The notes below the pieces were generated by a model, which searched no databases, was not told the DNA's origin, and saw only the letters and a list, made by a program, of their open reading frames with translations. A DNA stretch of 63,325 nt, counting the filler, from Reticulomyxa filosa (Eukaryota; Protista; Foraminifera), in the NCBI GenBank assembly GCA_000512085.1. It is 24 parts of 24 records of this genome, joined end to end, with 100 filler letters (N's around TTAATTAATTAA, not from the genome) between each part and the next. Parts side by side here need not be neighbours in the genome. Positions count along the whole stretch, not along the records: positions 1 to 2,612 come from ASPP01024904.1; positions 2,713 to 4,041 come from ASPP01044098.1; positions 4,142 to 5,167 come from ASPP01025060.1; positions 5,268 to 7,494 come from ASPP01008725.1; positions 7,595 to 17,766 come from ASPP01019334.1; 19 more parts are not named here. One strand, written 5' to 3'. The stretch's first letter is position 1. The number at the start of each line of letters is the position of its first letter. This document shows positions 1 through 11,649 of this stretch, one piece after another. A program made the position numbers and the translations under genes.

Positions 1-510
1 AGGACCAGTATTGCTTGTAAAATAGCTTTGTTTCATCGTCAATGCACCTTGACTCATTGATGTTATCAACAAATAATCCAGATTGTTTGTGTCTTTTTTT
101 TTTTTTTATCACTTTATTTTTTTAAAGAAAGATTAAGTAGATATTGTCTCATTAATCTTTCTTTCTTGGCCTTAATTCTGGCCATTAACCTAATTAAGGT
201 CTCATCACTAATTAAGGCATGTGACTCAATTAAGGCTTATGCCGGATTTTGTCCGGAGGTTGAATATGCATCCAACATTATAACATCTCCCGGTGGATTT
301 GGGATAAGTATTGTTGGCCGTCGTCGTCATCATTGTCATTCTCTGTTGTCTCTTCGGACAACGACGACGGCCAGTCGACATCTATCAGTCGACTATTATT
401 TTTAATTTACTTGACGTATTCGTCAACGTCCATTTTCTCACGGGCGGGGACATCTACGTCCATAGGATCCACGGACATATCTTCGACTCATGTACACGTC
501 CACCCTCCGT
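1..510 (-). pseudogene. Degenerate coding-like segment, unknown product
   Basis: The minus strand reads as protein-like text (VEDMSVDPMDVDVPAREKMDVDEYVK*IKNNSRL...; ...GQNPA*ALIESHALISDETLIRLMARIKAKKERLMRQYLL...) with in-frame stops and a frame change. Confidence 0.35.
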
Positions 511-802
511 ATATATATATATTTTTTTTTTTTAAGTTTGAATGTGTAGCAAGTGTTGGCTGTGCGTACACACTATTTTTTTTTTTATTTACTTACCCAT
601 TTCCACAAATAATTTTCATTTCTTCTTTTTTTTTCTTTTTTTATTTTCTTTTTAATCGTTGGGGATGAGGCAATTTGAACTTTTTGTTGAAAACCCCTTT
701 CAATATATTTTGTTACTATTTACCTTTTTTTAACGAGTTGCCATGTTGTTGTAAACCAAAAGTTATTGTGACTCAGAAAAGCTTTCAATAAGTATAATCA
801 AA

Positions 803-2570
803 TTATACAATGAAATCTGTTGCAGAAAAAAAGATAACAAGTGTTTTAACCAAAAATTTATAGCTGAATAGTGAGAAACTACGTTGTATCATGTTTTTTC
901 TTTTGTTGGATTTACTGCCTCCATATTCTAAATGGATTAACAAATCATCCACTTTCAAAATTTTGTGGGAAATACTAGCCTTAGAATATGAATATATCAC
1001 AGCAACATTGTTTGTATTATGCCGATGATAAAGTATCAGAAAGTTCGTTTCAAAGAAAAAACTTTAAAGTGAGCGTCAAAAAAACCTGCAAACAAATTGA
1101 TTAGCTTAGTCAGCATTATCAAATGAAAAAGAGGTTTCTTTGTGGTTGTTTACACTATTTTGTTATAAGTATTCAGCAATGTCCGCCACCAATTTTGCTA
1201 CGATATGCCCTTTGCAGCACTGGTCGTGTGTTTTTCTTTTTTTTTCACTCCAATCGATAGTATGTTGCATGAAACAGAAGCAATTCATACTTGCACTGGA
1301 GGATTCCAATAACTTGCTAATACTGTTTTGTTTTTTGTTTGTATCGCATTTCGTAATGTGCCATGGTCGTACTCCTGGGAAAAAAAATTGACATATAAAA
1401 CAGAAAACGCATTAGTGCATAAAAAAAGTTGCATTACCTGTTATCTTTAGCACAACTTTTTTTGAAATCACGAGCCGATAATAGACCAGGAAACAATCTA
1501 AGAGCATATAGAATCTTCTGCAGTATTTGGACCTTTTCGTAACAGATCGAATCAAATAAAATGGTATTCCCGAACCAATCAGAATGTCGCAAAATGTTTG
1601 GCAAATAGTGAAAGGCCCTTTTAAATATGCTGTCGAACACGTAATTTACCAAATCGTCTTTTTCGTTCCTGAGCGCAACCTGCAATGGAACTTGGTTGTC
1701 CGATGGAGACGTTGTTGTACAGAAATGCTTTGATTGTATTGTTTTATTTGTAGTTTTAATATCATGAAAAACACATCCGAATTTGGTTTAATGAAAACAT
1801 AGTGTCGTAAAAAAAAAAAAAGATAGGATAAAAAAAGAGGAGGGAAGGAAAAAAATGTAGATAAAAAAAAATTGTAAAAAGAGTGCAGCACAACAAACCA
1901 TAAGCACTTTTTGTGGTGAAAACACTTGTTCCAATTTCTGATAAAACAGCAAATTTCCTTGTCGAGCGATCGAATGTAAACAGCTTCCGTTGAACTTATT
2001 AGCTTTGAAAAGAATTTGGTGGCAATCATTTTGTGGATGCGTTGGTATTGAGGCAAGAAAATCTAAAGTTTGAGTTTGAAAGAGGAAGTTCATCAAAATA
2101 CACACTTTGGATAATTGAACGCTTTATAAATAAATAAATAAAAAAAAAAATTATCCAAAACTATTTAAAGAATTTGTCGCGATGAATAATTCCAATTGCT
2201 TGGCCTTTTCAAAAAAGGGTGCTATACGAGGGTCTTTGCAAGGATAGTCAACGTATGGAGCATCAGCAATGAAAGTACAGACTTTGCACAATGCGCAATA
2301 CGAGTCCTCGACAAAGAGGGGATAGCTCAGGTCTTCCATCGTCTGATCGTCACTGTCATGACTGGACGTATTCGAAGACGAGATCTGTGTCTCCGAATCT
2401 GTCGGTGGTGTGCAGTTACCTGTGTTCGATTCGCTGTCGGCTCTGTGATCCTCAAATGCTTCTCGACTAACTATGTATCTGCCATCCATGGTGAAGGTTG
2501 CTCGTGTATCCAGATCAAACAAAACGATTGGTTCAGCATTTGCAATTTTTTTTGCAGGACGACCTTGATT
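803..2570 (-). CDS. Ankyrin-repeat-like protein, multi-exon, 5'-partial; 3' part possibly degenerate
   Basis: Ankyrin-like units NKFNGSCLHSIARQGNLLFY, DNQVPLQVALRNEKDDLVNY and DWFGNTILFDSICYEKVQIL in exons separated by T/A-rich introns. Boundaries approximate. Confidence 0.6.
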
Positions 2571-2612
2571 TGACCTTTACAATTTTTTTTTTTTTGTTTT
2601 TGGAATAAATAT

Positions 2613-2712
2613 NNNNNNNNNNNNNNNNNNNNNNNNNNNNNNNNNNNNNNNNNNNNTTAATTAATTAANNNNNNNNNNNNNNNNNNNNNNNNNNNNNNNN
2701 NNNNNNNNNNNN
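2613..2712. other. Artificial contig-joining spacer (N44-TTAATTAATTAA-N44), first of 23
   Basis: Identical 100-bp spacers start at 2613, 4042, 5168, 7495, 17767, 20218, 21976, 23219, 24581, 25760, 27428, 29134, 32319, 38538, 39638, 40844, 44629, 48025, 50912, 55886, 57216, 59985 and 61714. The 12-mer stops all six frames. Confidence 0.99.
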
Positions 2713-3609
2713 ACAAACAGTCCCGCGTTGCAATCCTATATTTGGACTTTATTATCATCTGTTTTCTCTTTGCCACTTTTAGTCGATACATTGAGTACAA
2801 AAATATGCCAATGCCACTTCCATTTGTCATCACGTTGTTGCCTATTTCTGTAATCTTTTTTTTGCTGTCATCGTTGCTTTCATTTCAAAGTTTTTATAAG
2901 TATACGTTACTGGATATGTATGCAATACTGTGATTTGCTTTTTTTTTTTTTTTCTATTCTTCTTCTGGCTTCACAATCTATAAAAGTAGTCTTTTTGTTA
3001 CTTTTTTTTGCAACTAATAATTGCAATCATATGCGCATGCACACAAGAAGCGCCATCCATCTTGACAGAATCTAAGTGTAAAAAAATATTTCACCACGTA
3101 TACAATGCCTCGAACCATTCTATCTTTCCACATGACCAGGCAAAACTCGATTCCCCAGGAGGAGGTAGTGTATTTATGTAATAAGAAATTGGTTCATTTG
3201 ATTGGCATTTGCTCATTAGGCAAGGCCACAGTATTTGATTCAATCCAACATTTTTGTACATGCTCTTCTTCTTTTCTTCATTTATGATTCCATTACCTGG
3301 TTCACTATCATCTCCACTTGCAGCCTTATCATATTACCTGAGATAGAAACAAAAAAAACAAAAATAAATTAATTGAAATAATTTGAAAGAAAGATAAAAA
3401 TAATAAATGTTTTTTTAACTTCAATTACTTTGAGCAAATTTTGCTATGTCCAATTTTGAGAACACACGAACAAACAAATAAAATATTTATTAAAAAAGTG
3501 GTTTGGATAAATTAATAAAAAAAGACAAAACAGTTGCAGTTTCACTTTGATGAAATACTCGAATCATTTTATATCAATCTTGCTTGGACGACGATAACCA
3601 GGTTGTTTT

Positions 3610-4041
3610 ATATTGAAAAAACAATCCAATCACCAAACGAATTGCAATAATCCACAATTTGAATATTCTCCACCAAACTGATACCCAATTTGCATCTTTG
3701 ATGTGTGTGTGGCATTGGAAACCACATACAACATAGTTGCAAATACATATAACATGTTAACCATGGGCACTTGGATAAATGACTCAAATCATCACAATTG
3801 GAGTGAATGTATTGTGTTCGAGCTAAATGTTATTTGCTGTGATTGTAGAACATGTTTCGTTTCCATTCATGTCATTCATAATCTCCTAGTGATGTATTGT
3901 GTCTGTCCTTTTTTTTTCCCACTTTTTCTCTATGGACGTGGACACGCCTTGCTTCTTGCGCTGGTACATTGTCATCGTGTCGTCGTCCCTCTTACAAATG
4001 ATCCATTGCTACTTGTCACATATTGTTTGAAGTAGTCGATA
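3610..4041 (-). pseudogene. Diverged member of the degenerate family also at 7595-8836 and 14026-15238
   Basis: Collinear shared motifs on the reverse complement: GACTA(C/T)TTCAAACA, ACGACGAC, AAGCAAGG..GTCCA, AACACAA..TTCACTCC, TTGTATGTG..CC.ATG.CACACAC, TTTGGTGGA. Confidence 0.65.
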
Positions 4042-4142
4042 NNNNNNNNNNNNNNNNNNNNNNNNNNNNNNNNNNNNNNNNNNNNTTAATTAATTAANNN
4101 NNNNNNNNNNNNNNNNNNNNNNNNNNNNNNNNNNNNNNNNNA

Positions 4143-4304
4143 TCTTCATTGGATCATACAATTCATTTTTGGGATATTCGATCAAATAAGAATGCATTAC
4201 ATGTTATCAAATGTGATTCTATAATTTCTTGTCTTAAATTTATTAAATATGATTGTAATTTATGTTATTGCTCAGGCAAAGGTGCTATTCATATTTGGGG
4301 GTAA
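4143..4304 (+). CDS. WD40-repeat protein, 3' end (multicopy host family)
   Basis: SSLDHTIHFWDIRSNKNALHVIKCDSIISCLKFIKYDCNLCYCSGKGAIHIWG*; same C-terminal pattern as 51012-51487. Confidence 0.85.
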   Translation, partial: SSLDHTIHFWDIRSNKNALHVIKCDSIISCLKFIKYDCNLCYCSGKGAIHIWG

Positions 4305-4469
4305 TTTACTTTTTGTCGAATAAGTAATGAAATACTTTTTTTTTTTAAAAAAAGTTTGATTTATTAAACTTGAAGATAAAAAACTTGTTAATACTATCAT
4401 AACAATAACGATAGTCTGTCTAATCATGTGTTTTCATAAATTGATAATTTATTTTTTTATGTAAAATAA

Positions 4470-4811
4470 TTTACTACTCCTGATGCAAAACAAGCTGTCG
4501 GACAATCGGTAGGGATTGTTCTCTTGAACTTTATTCCCAAAAGGCACATGGATCGACCATGGAAATATGAAACAAAGATTGACAATGTTATTTTTATTTT
4601 TCTTTTTTATAACACTTTTTTTTGAAATTAAACTGATCCAAAATAATAGTTGAACGAATTACAGCGTTTTCGCTGGAGACATATGTTCCCAGACTATCCA
4701 CAACTGCCAGTGAGCGAAGAGTTGAAGTATTTAGGCGAATTCCAAGTCCATACTCAACTCCTTCCCCAAAACGTCAGAGAAGAAACAACAATAAAAACTG
4801 GCTTTGAATGA
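4470..4811 (+). CDS. Hypothetical protein fragment, two exons
   Basis: TPDAKQAVGQSVGIVLLNFIPKRHMDRPWKYETKIDN, a GT..AG intron (~4588-4650), then LNELQRFRWRHMFPDYPQLPVSEELKYLGEFQVHTQLLPQNVREETTIKTGFE*. Confidence 0.4.
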
Positions 4812-5267
4812 TCTCAGACAAATTATTTTCACAAGCATCAAAGATAAACTTTTCGATGGTCCAAACACACATCATTTCCATCGCTTCTTTCGCATTTCGG
4901 TGACTTGTAAGGATAGAGAAAATATCATTCCTTTTGAAATGTTAAATTTTAAAAAATGTAAAAAAAAAAAGATAATGCTTATGTCGTTAACTTTGATAAT
5001 TGTTATGCAATTTTTTTTTTCTCGTAAAAAATATAAAATAGTTATAAACATCCAAAAAATTGTTCATTTTTTCATTTTTTGGAAATTGTAAAACAAAATT
5101 TAACATTTTTGGATTTCTAAGTGATGCAATATATTGTCTACAATATTAATTTAATCTTTTTTTTTTGNNNNNNNNNNNNNNNNNNNNNNNNNNNNNNNNN
5201 NNNNNNNNNNNTTAATTAATTAANNNNNNNNNNNNNNNNNNNNNNNNNNNNNNNNNNNNNNNNNNNN

Positions 5268-5969
5268 GTTGAATACTTATCCGAAAATGATGTATTGTGA
5301 TCCACTGAAAAGAAAGCAACGACTACGTAATTTAAAAAAAAAAAAAATACACACGTGCTCATTTATATGTACATGAAAATTGATTGTTTGAAAATGATCA
5401 TTGGGGGGGGGGGGGGAAGTTTAGAAAATTATCGAATCATCCAAAGTAAGTTCAAGTTTTGGAACACTACTGGTGAACCCCAACGATTTCGTACATTTGT
5501 GTACGAAATGATAAAACATTCAAACCAATTCATCAACTTGCATCCGTTGGAACACGCAACCAGTTTGACGGCGAGCTTGAGCACTTTTTTTGGAAGTGAT
5601 ATCCACTTTGTCGGCCGCGTAGAAAAGTTCAGTGAACATTGGAAGATATTGTCTCAGATTGATAAATGCAAAGATTTCGTCCCTTACACAAATGATATGA
5701 AAATCGCTCATCATATGCATTTAAACGGGGTGCATTCTCCGATGCCACAGAGATGGACATTAGATCCTCTCTATGTCAAATGGTTGTCCTTGGACACGCT
5801 CAATGTTACAGAAAGCACCAAAACTCAATTGCCGGCTTATAGGGCAATTGACCAAGATTTATTCAATGCCATCGTGGAACACTACTGGCAGGACTATGTA
5901 TGTTTCAACTATGATTACAACTATCCGTCACTAAACTTGACTTACACTGGTAGACTATCCAAAGATTAG
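5268..5969 (+). CDS. Carbohydrate sulfotransferase family (Sulfotransfer_2-like), 3' part
   Basis: FVGRVEKFSEHW and the C-terminal LFNAIVEHYWQDYVCFNY match the CHST-type FIGKFE / L..Y..DF..F.Y motifs; intron near 5327-5420. Confidence 0.7.
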
Positions 5970-6593
5970 GAAGCTAAAAAAAAATACAAAAAATTTTGAT
6001 AGCATTCTCTCTCTCTGCTCATACTGAAGATTTGTATAACTGAGAAAAGTAACTGGTCAAAAAAGTTGCTTGCGTTTTTTTGCCGACAGTCAACGACTTA
6101 GTTTTTTCAGTTTAAATACGTTGCAACTCGGTTTTTTTTCTTTCCTTTCTAAAAATACCATAATATCACTTACAAATTGCAAATGCTCATAGACCAACCA
6201 TTGATACAACCAAATACCTACTATTCACCAATTCGAGTTTCTACTGACACCAACTTTTGACTTCTGCAATACCAAACAAATAAATGCTCGGTCTATGATG
6301 CTCTTGCGTCATTGCAACAGTTCAACTTAAATGTTTGGTAATACGCTTTTTTTCTCACAAAAAACGAGTGCACTTGGCCGTTAGGTATAGTTCAATATTT
6401 CATTTTGGATTAACTTAATTGTTAAGCAATTTATTGATGCTTTATGCTTTACATAATACATTTTACACTCTTCTATAAGGAAGGATTCATGACAGTATGG
6501 CACAGTTGTCAGCACTCTAAATTTTTCTAGGTGGGAATACCTTAAAATTGAAATATTTATTTGGGAGACAAAAACACATTAATATCAAGTATC

Positions 6594-7460
6594 ATGGGTG
6601 CTTTGTGTTGCCAGCTTAGGTGTTTTTTTCATAACTCTTGTGTTGTTGATTTGTCTACGACACCTCTCACTCACTTTTCTTAAAAACGCTTTTTAGTGAT
6701 GAAACGACAGTTCAGCTAAACTATGAATTGGAGCAAAAAAGTCGTGAAGAAAAGGCAATCCGAAAGCTATTGTTATTAGGCAGGTAATAAAACAAAAAGA
6801 AAGAATAAAAAACTGTCATACACATATTGAGGCAAAAGTAAAGCAATTGAAAAACAAAATAAAACATAATCAAATAATGGATGAAAAGTGGAAGTGCAGG
6901 AAAGTCGACAATAATAAAGCAGTTGACGCGAATTCATGAAGGAGAGTTTCCCGCTGTATTAACCGAGCAAACGGCAATGACAATACAAAGCAATTGCGTA
7001 CAATGTATAGTAATATTACTAAAAAACGCGGCTCTTTTGTATGAGCGAGACAACATCTTGTACCGGGACTGCTTTGTTAAAAAAAAAAAAAAAAGTATAC
7101 GTAAAAAAAAAAAAAAGCAGTGCAACTTAAAAAAAAAATAAATAACATTAATAATGAGCAAATGATTAACGGAAAAAAAAAAAAGATAAATATAGACGAC
7201 GATCCAGAATTATTGACTAAAATAAAATTAATACTCGAAAACAAAGATTTGCCGAATGAGCGAGGCGACACTTCGTCATCATCAGCAGCATTGATGAAGG
7301 AAATAGGAAAAGCCATTGCAGACATATGGAAACTAGAAGCGGTGAAAAAGACCTTTCATATTCGTGGTAGCCGCTTTTCTTTTATTGAAAATATGGATTA
7401 TTTTTTCAATAAGGCCGAAGTTGTCATGGATTTTTCTTATGCCCCTTCTGAGGAAGTTTC
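6594..7460 (+). CDS. Heterotrimeric G-protein alpha subunit, 5' part (4 exons visible)
   Basis: Spliced: MGALCCQLS DETTVQLNYELEQKSREEKAIRKLLLLGSGSAGKSTIIKQL ... AIADIWKLEAVKKTF ... ENMDYFFNKAEVVMDFSYAPSEE. Shows the MGxxCC acylation motif, the P-loop and the helical domain. Confidence 0.92.
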
Positions 7461-7594
7461 GTAAATTCTTTTTTTTTTTTTATTAAAAAAAAAANNNNNN
7501 NNNNNNNNNNNNNNNNNNNNNNNNNNNNNNNNNNNNNNTTAATTAATTAANNNNNNNNNNNNNNNNNNNNNNNNNNNNNNNNNNNNNNNNNNNN

Positions 7595-8836
7595 CGAGAA
7601 AAAAATTAATGAAAAGTGGAAAAAAAAAAAGTGAAACATAAACATAGTCGGACTATTTCAAACAGTCGACAAATGGCAATGAATCGTATGAAAGAAAAAC
7701 GACGACGTATCAGTACAAAGAAGCATGAATCTATCGCGAAAGCAAGTCCTTTGTCGATGTCCACACAGAGGCAATGTAGATGAAGAGGACCAACAGAATA
7801 AATTCATTGGAGGTGCATACAGATGCTATACATGGAGACGATGAACACAATTAGCAATGTAGTGTTATGTGTTTGCAGTCAAACACAACTTTCACTCCCA
7901 AAATTAATTATATGAAAATATCCTACTGATTGGATATTATTGTTCGTCGCTTTTTTGCATGTGTTTGATGTGATATTGTATGTGCCTCCGATGTCACACA
8001 CCAAGTGTATGGAAACACTCAGTGATTCAAGTTGGTATAACGTCCGTATTGTTTTGGTGGAAGATATGAAACTTGTGACATGTCGTAATTCAATTGGTGT
8101 GCTAGCAAAATTGGTTAATATAATATTTGCTCAAAGTCATTCAAGTTAAAAATCATTTGTTTTTTTTATCTGTTTTCTCTTTGGTTACAAGAAAACATCT
8201 CATGATTAATGTAAAATGAATAGCATCAAGAAGTAGAAAGAGATAATAAGAGCTGGCTGCCAGCTTATTACGATGAAAGAGACCTGATTGTGTGATCCTC
8301 TGTTTAAAATGCATTGCATAAATATTTAATCAATGATCCACAAAAAACAAGAACTTACGCGTACCAGTATAGACACAATCAGCAGAAAAAAAAAATCAAT
8401 GCATTGTTCAAGAATTGAAAAGAAATACGTCGACAAGCACACAAACTTAAAGGACCATTGGAATTTATGTGAGAACATCGCTCTTGGCTACATGTTGTCG
8501 ATGGTGCACGAAATTTGATTTGAAATGTGGTTGTGACTATGCGAGACAGTTCATTTGTGCTGTGTGTAAGTGTATCAAATTGAAACGTTGTCAGCTGTGG
8601 GCTGAAAAAAACTCTCGTTTGTGCTGATTTAGTTGCTATCGTGTGAAGTGTTTGTTATTATTAAACTTCTAAAAATCCCCCCAAAAAACTTGGGTTACTG
8701 TTGAATTTTTTTTGTTATTTAATTTTAACAATTTTATAAATTTCTCCAATTGTTTGATATTTTTAAAATTTTCACAATTTTGATTTCAAATTTTAAAACA
8801 TTAAATAAAATATTTTTTGTAATTATATCAATAGAT
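7595..8836 (+). repeat. Copy A of a diverged direct duplication (degenerate gene-family unit)
   Basis: Aligns end to end with 14026-15238 (e.g. CATAAACATAGTCGGACTATTTCAAACAGT; TGTGTGATCCTCTGTTTAAAATGCATTG). Truncated by the contig start. Confidence 0.92.
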
Positions 8837-11099
8837 ACAAAATTCTTAATGTCAAAGAACACTTGATCATTAAGACTATTTGTACCTTAATGAGATAACA
8901 TACACACACATTATGTAAAAAGTGTGGCAGTGCCCACTCCAAAAAGAAAAAAACTACGAGGATCAGCAAAAAAAGGTTTATCTTTCTTTCGTCTTTTTTG
9001 ATTATTTTCTTTGTGTGCATTGCGACAACCGCTATGTTATTTGCTCAAAGCTTCTAAGATTAAGGAAAGCGATAGCGCCAGTGACAAGCTCAAAGATGTA
9101 GCAAAACGAATATGCTACTATCTTTCAACATCAAGGCCATAGCATGGTGACAGTACCTTCATTGTATATGACACTGATAAGCCACAATACGGTTCAGAAA
9201 GTACACCGAGCTCACAGGTAAATAATTTGTGAGTACAAATCAGAATAGAAGACGATAACATCCCTTTTGTTTTATTTTATTCGACAGTGAACTGTGGGTC
9301 TGTTGCTGTATTTTGTGTTCGTTTATGCTTTCTTTTTTGTTTCATTTTGAAATCTGTTTTTTTTTTTGTTAAAATTTTTCATTGTGAATAACACATAAAA
9401 AAACAAGGTGGGCATTATTAAACTTAACTTTAGGAGCTCTTGACTGTAACAGCGTCGTAAGCAAAACTTAAGAAAAATTAGGAAGTCATAGATGTCAAAG
9501 AGCAATAACGTTGTACCAGTTTTCATTTGAAGGTTGTTCGAATGTTGCTAGATTTAGATCTTCAAAAAAACTTTTTTTGGTCTAGAACTTTTTTTTTCCT
9601 GTTTGACATGAAAAGTATTGTAAAGTTATCTTGGTCAAATATTTTAATCAAAAAATTTTAATAAAAAATATATTATTTTGACGAAATATGTTAATTAAAA
9701 TTGAAAATTACAAATTCTTTTTTTATGGATGTGTGTTGTTGGGTAGTTATAAAAACTCTTTTTCTCTTTTCTTGGTCACCAAAGTCTGGGCTGGCGTTGC
9801 ATGATGATCATTCTGTATCAATATTTTCCCACAAATAACGCCCAAATCATTAATATGAAAAGTTGGCAGTCAACACCCTACAAACCTTTACACAGCCACG
9901 TCCAACGGGTGGCACGGCGATATCAACAACAACCACAAAAATTATTAAATCGACAAACACATCAACAATCAGACCAATCATCACATCAACTATTGCAAAA
10001 ATTATCAACAAAATATCATCACACAAATTGGAAATATAGACGCAGCAGATCAAATTCATGCACATCCAATCACTGGATTTTTTTTAAAAAATTGAGTCAC
10101 TCGATGTTGTGACCTTGCACTACAGTTACTTTCATTATATTTCTTTCAATTAAAAAAAAAAGATATAGAGAAGTATGTAAAAAAACTTTGATAACAATAA
10201 AATGACAATATGCTTCAATTATATAATTTTTTAAAAAATACAATAGACAGCACGTTATGACTACCAGAGAAAATGCTTTGCATTGTCTTGCATATGTAGT
10301 TGCTGAACTCGATCGCCGTACAAAAAAAAAAGCCCGTACGTGGAAGGGCAAAAAGGGCATTCTCACCACAACGACTGCGTATTGCGCAACAACAACAAAA
10401 AAGGCCAGCATATCAATGTCAATCAGACAAGGCCAATTGGTATATTAAACATTTTCTAGCATACGTATATATGTACATGCACGAAAACAATGTATATATT
10501 TTTTTTTCAATAGCGTATACTACGTATAAAAAATAACGTATAACAATGACGCGATGACAGCGATGACAACGACGACAATGACAAGCAGAAACGGGGTAGA
10601 ATCCACCCCTGTCTCCGAAAGGAGCAAAAGAGGTTTGCTATATCTTTTTTTTAAAAAAGTATATCAAGCTTATGTGTGTTTGTGTATAGGAATTCCCCGT
10701 CCACCAAAACTGTTACATGTACGCAAACTTCTGTCCACACACAAAATAATGGGGTCGAAGACCACCCGGCCTACGATAAAAATAAAAGAGGTATGCTGTG
10801 TTTATATATTTATATATTTTTTTCATCGACATAATGTAATTGTGTGTAATACATAGGAACTCCCCCGCACAAAGAAAAAAATTTATATTTATATTTTGTT
10901 GCCCCCCCCCCCTACATACTAAACAAAAAAAAAAATGGTTGAGTTTGTCCACAGTAGGAAAAAATTTGAAATATGATCGTGAGCTCCAACTAATATGTAT
11001 GTATATTTTGTTGATATTAAAAACTAAAAAATATTTTTTTTTGTGTTTGTACAGATGCACCAGCACGCAAATGTTTTTTTATTGAAGAAGTTGCAGAAA

Positions 11100-11390
11100 G
11101 AGATTGATGAAAAAAACAGTGGAAAAATTTATAAAAAATAATAGAAAAAAAATAGATAAAAAGGGGGGGGGGGAAAAAATATTTGAATAAAAAAAGGGGA
11201 AAAAAAGAAAGAATTAGAAAAAAAAGATGTTATATGATTATAAAAGAAAAAATTAAAAAAAGGTGTTGAAAAATAAGAAGAAAATAATATATAATAAAAA
11301 AGAATGATAAAAAAAAGAAAGAAAAAAGAGAAGATAAAAAAGAAAAAGAAAAAATAGAAAAAATGATAAAAAAAAAATGGAAACTTTATT
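11100..11390 (+). repeat. A/G-rich low-complexity tract
   Basis: About 290 bp that is mostly A with scattered G and T, including a long G run. Confidence 0.8.
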
Positions 11391-11649
11391 TTTTTTAAGT
11401 GTTGGAGCTATTACTCCAAAATGTTGATCTGATTGATCTCAACAACAAAAAGTTAAGTAAAATAAATAATTTTTTTTTTCATATTGACTTGTTTAAAATA
11501 AAAAAATATGAATTTAAATAGATTGCAGCGAAAGATCATCAGTGACAAGTTCAGTATACAAAAAAAATGATATCACATTCTATGTTCTTTCACTTTCCAT
11601 GATATCACTGTGCGTTTCCCCAATTTCTTTTTGTAACATAAAATAAGCA

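Noticed and set aside
2613-2712. Recurring TTAATTAATTAA as a biological repeat or CRISPR-like array
   Set aside because: Always centred in exactly 44+44 N; it is an artificial six-frame-stop linker.
4650-4811. Ribosomal protein L9 C-terminal similarity (LKYLGEFQVH)
   Set aside because: Only a few residues match; insufficient support.
9790-10110. Non-LTR retrotransposon endonuclease remnant (GGTAI in a C/A-rich stretch)
   Set aside because: A single short motif with no supporting endonuclease or reverse-transcriptase motifs.
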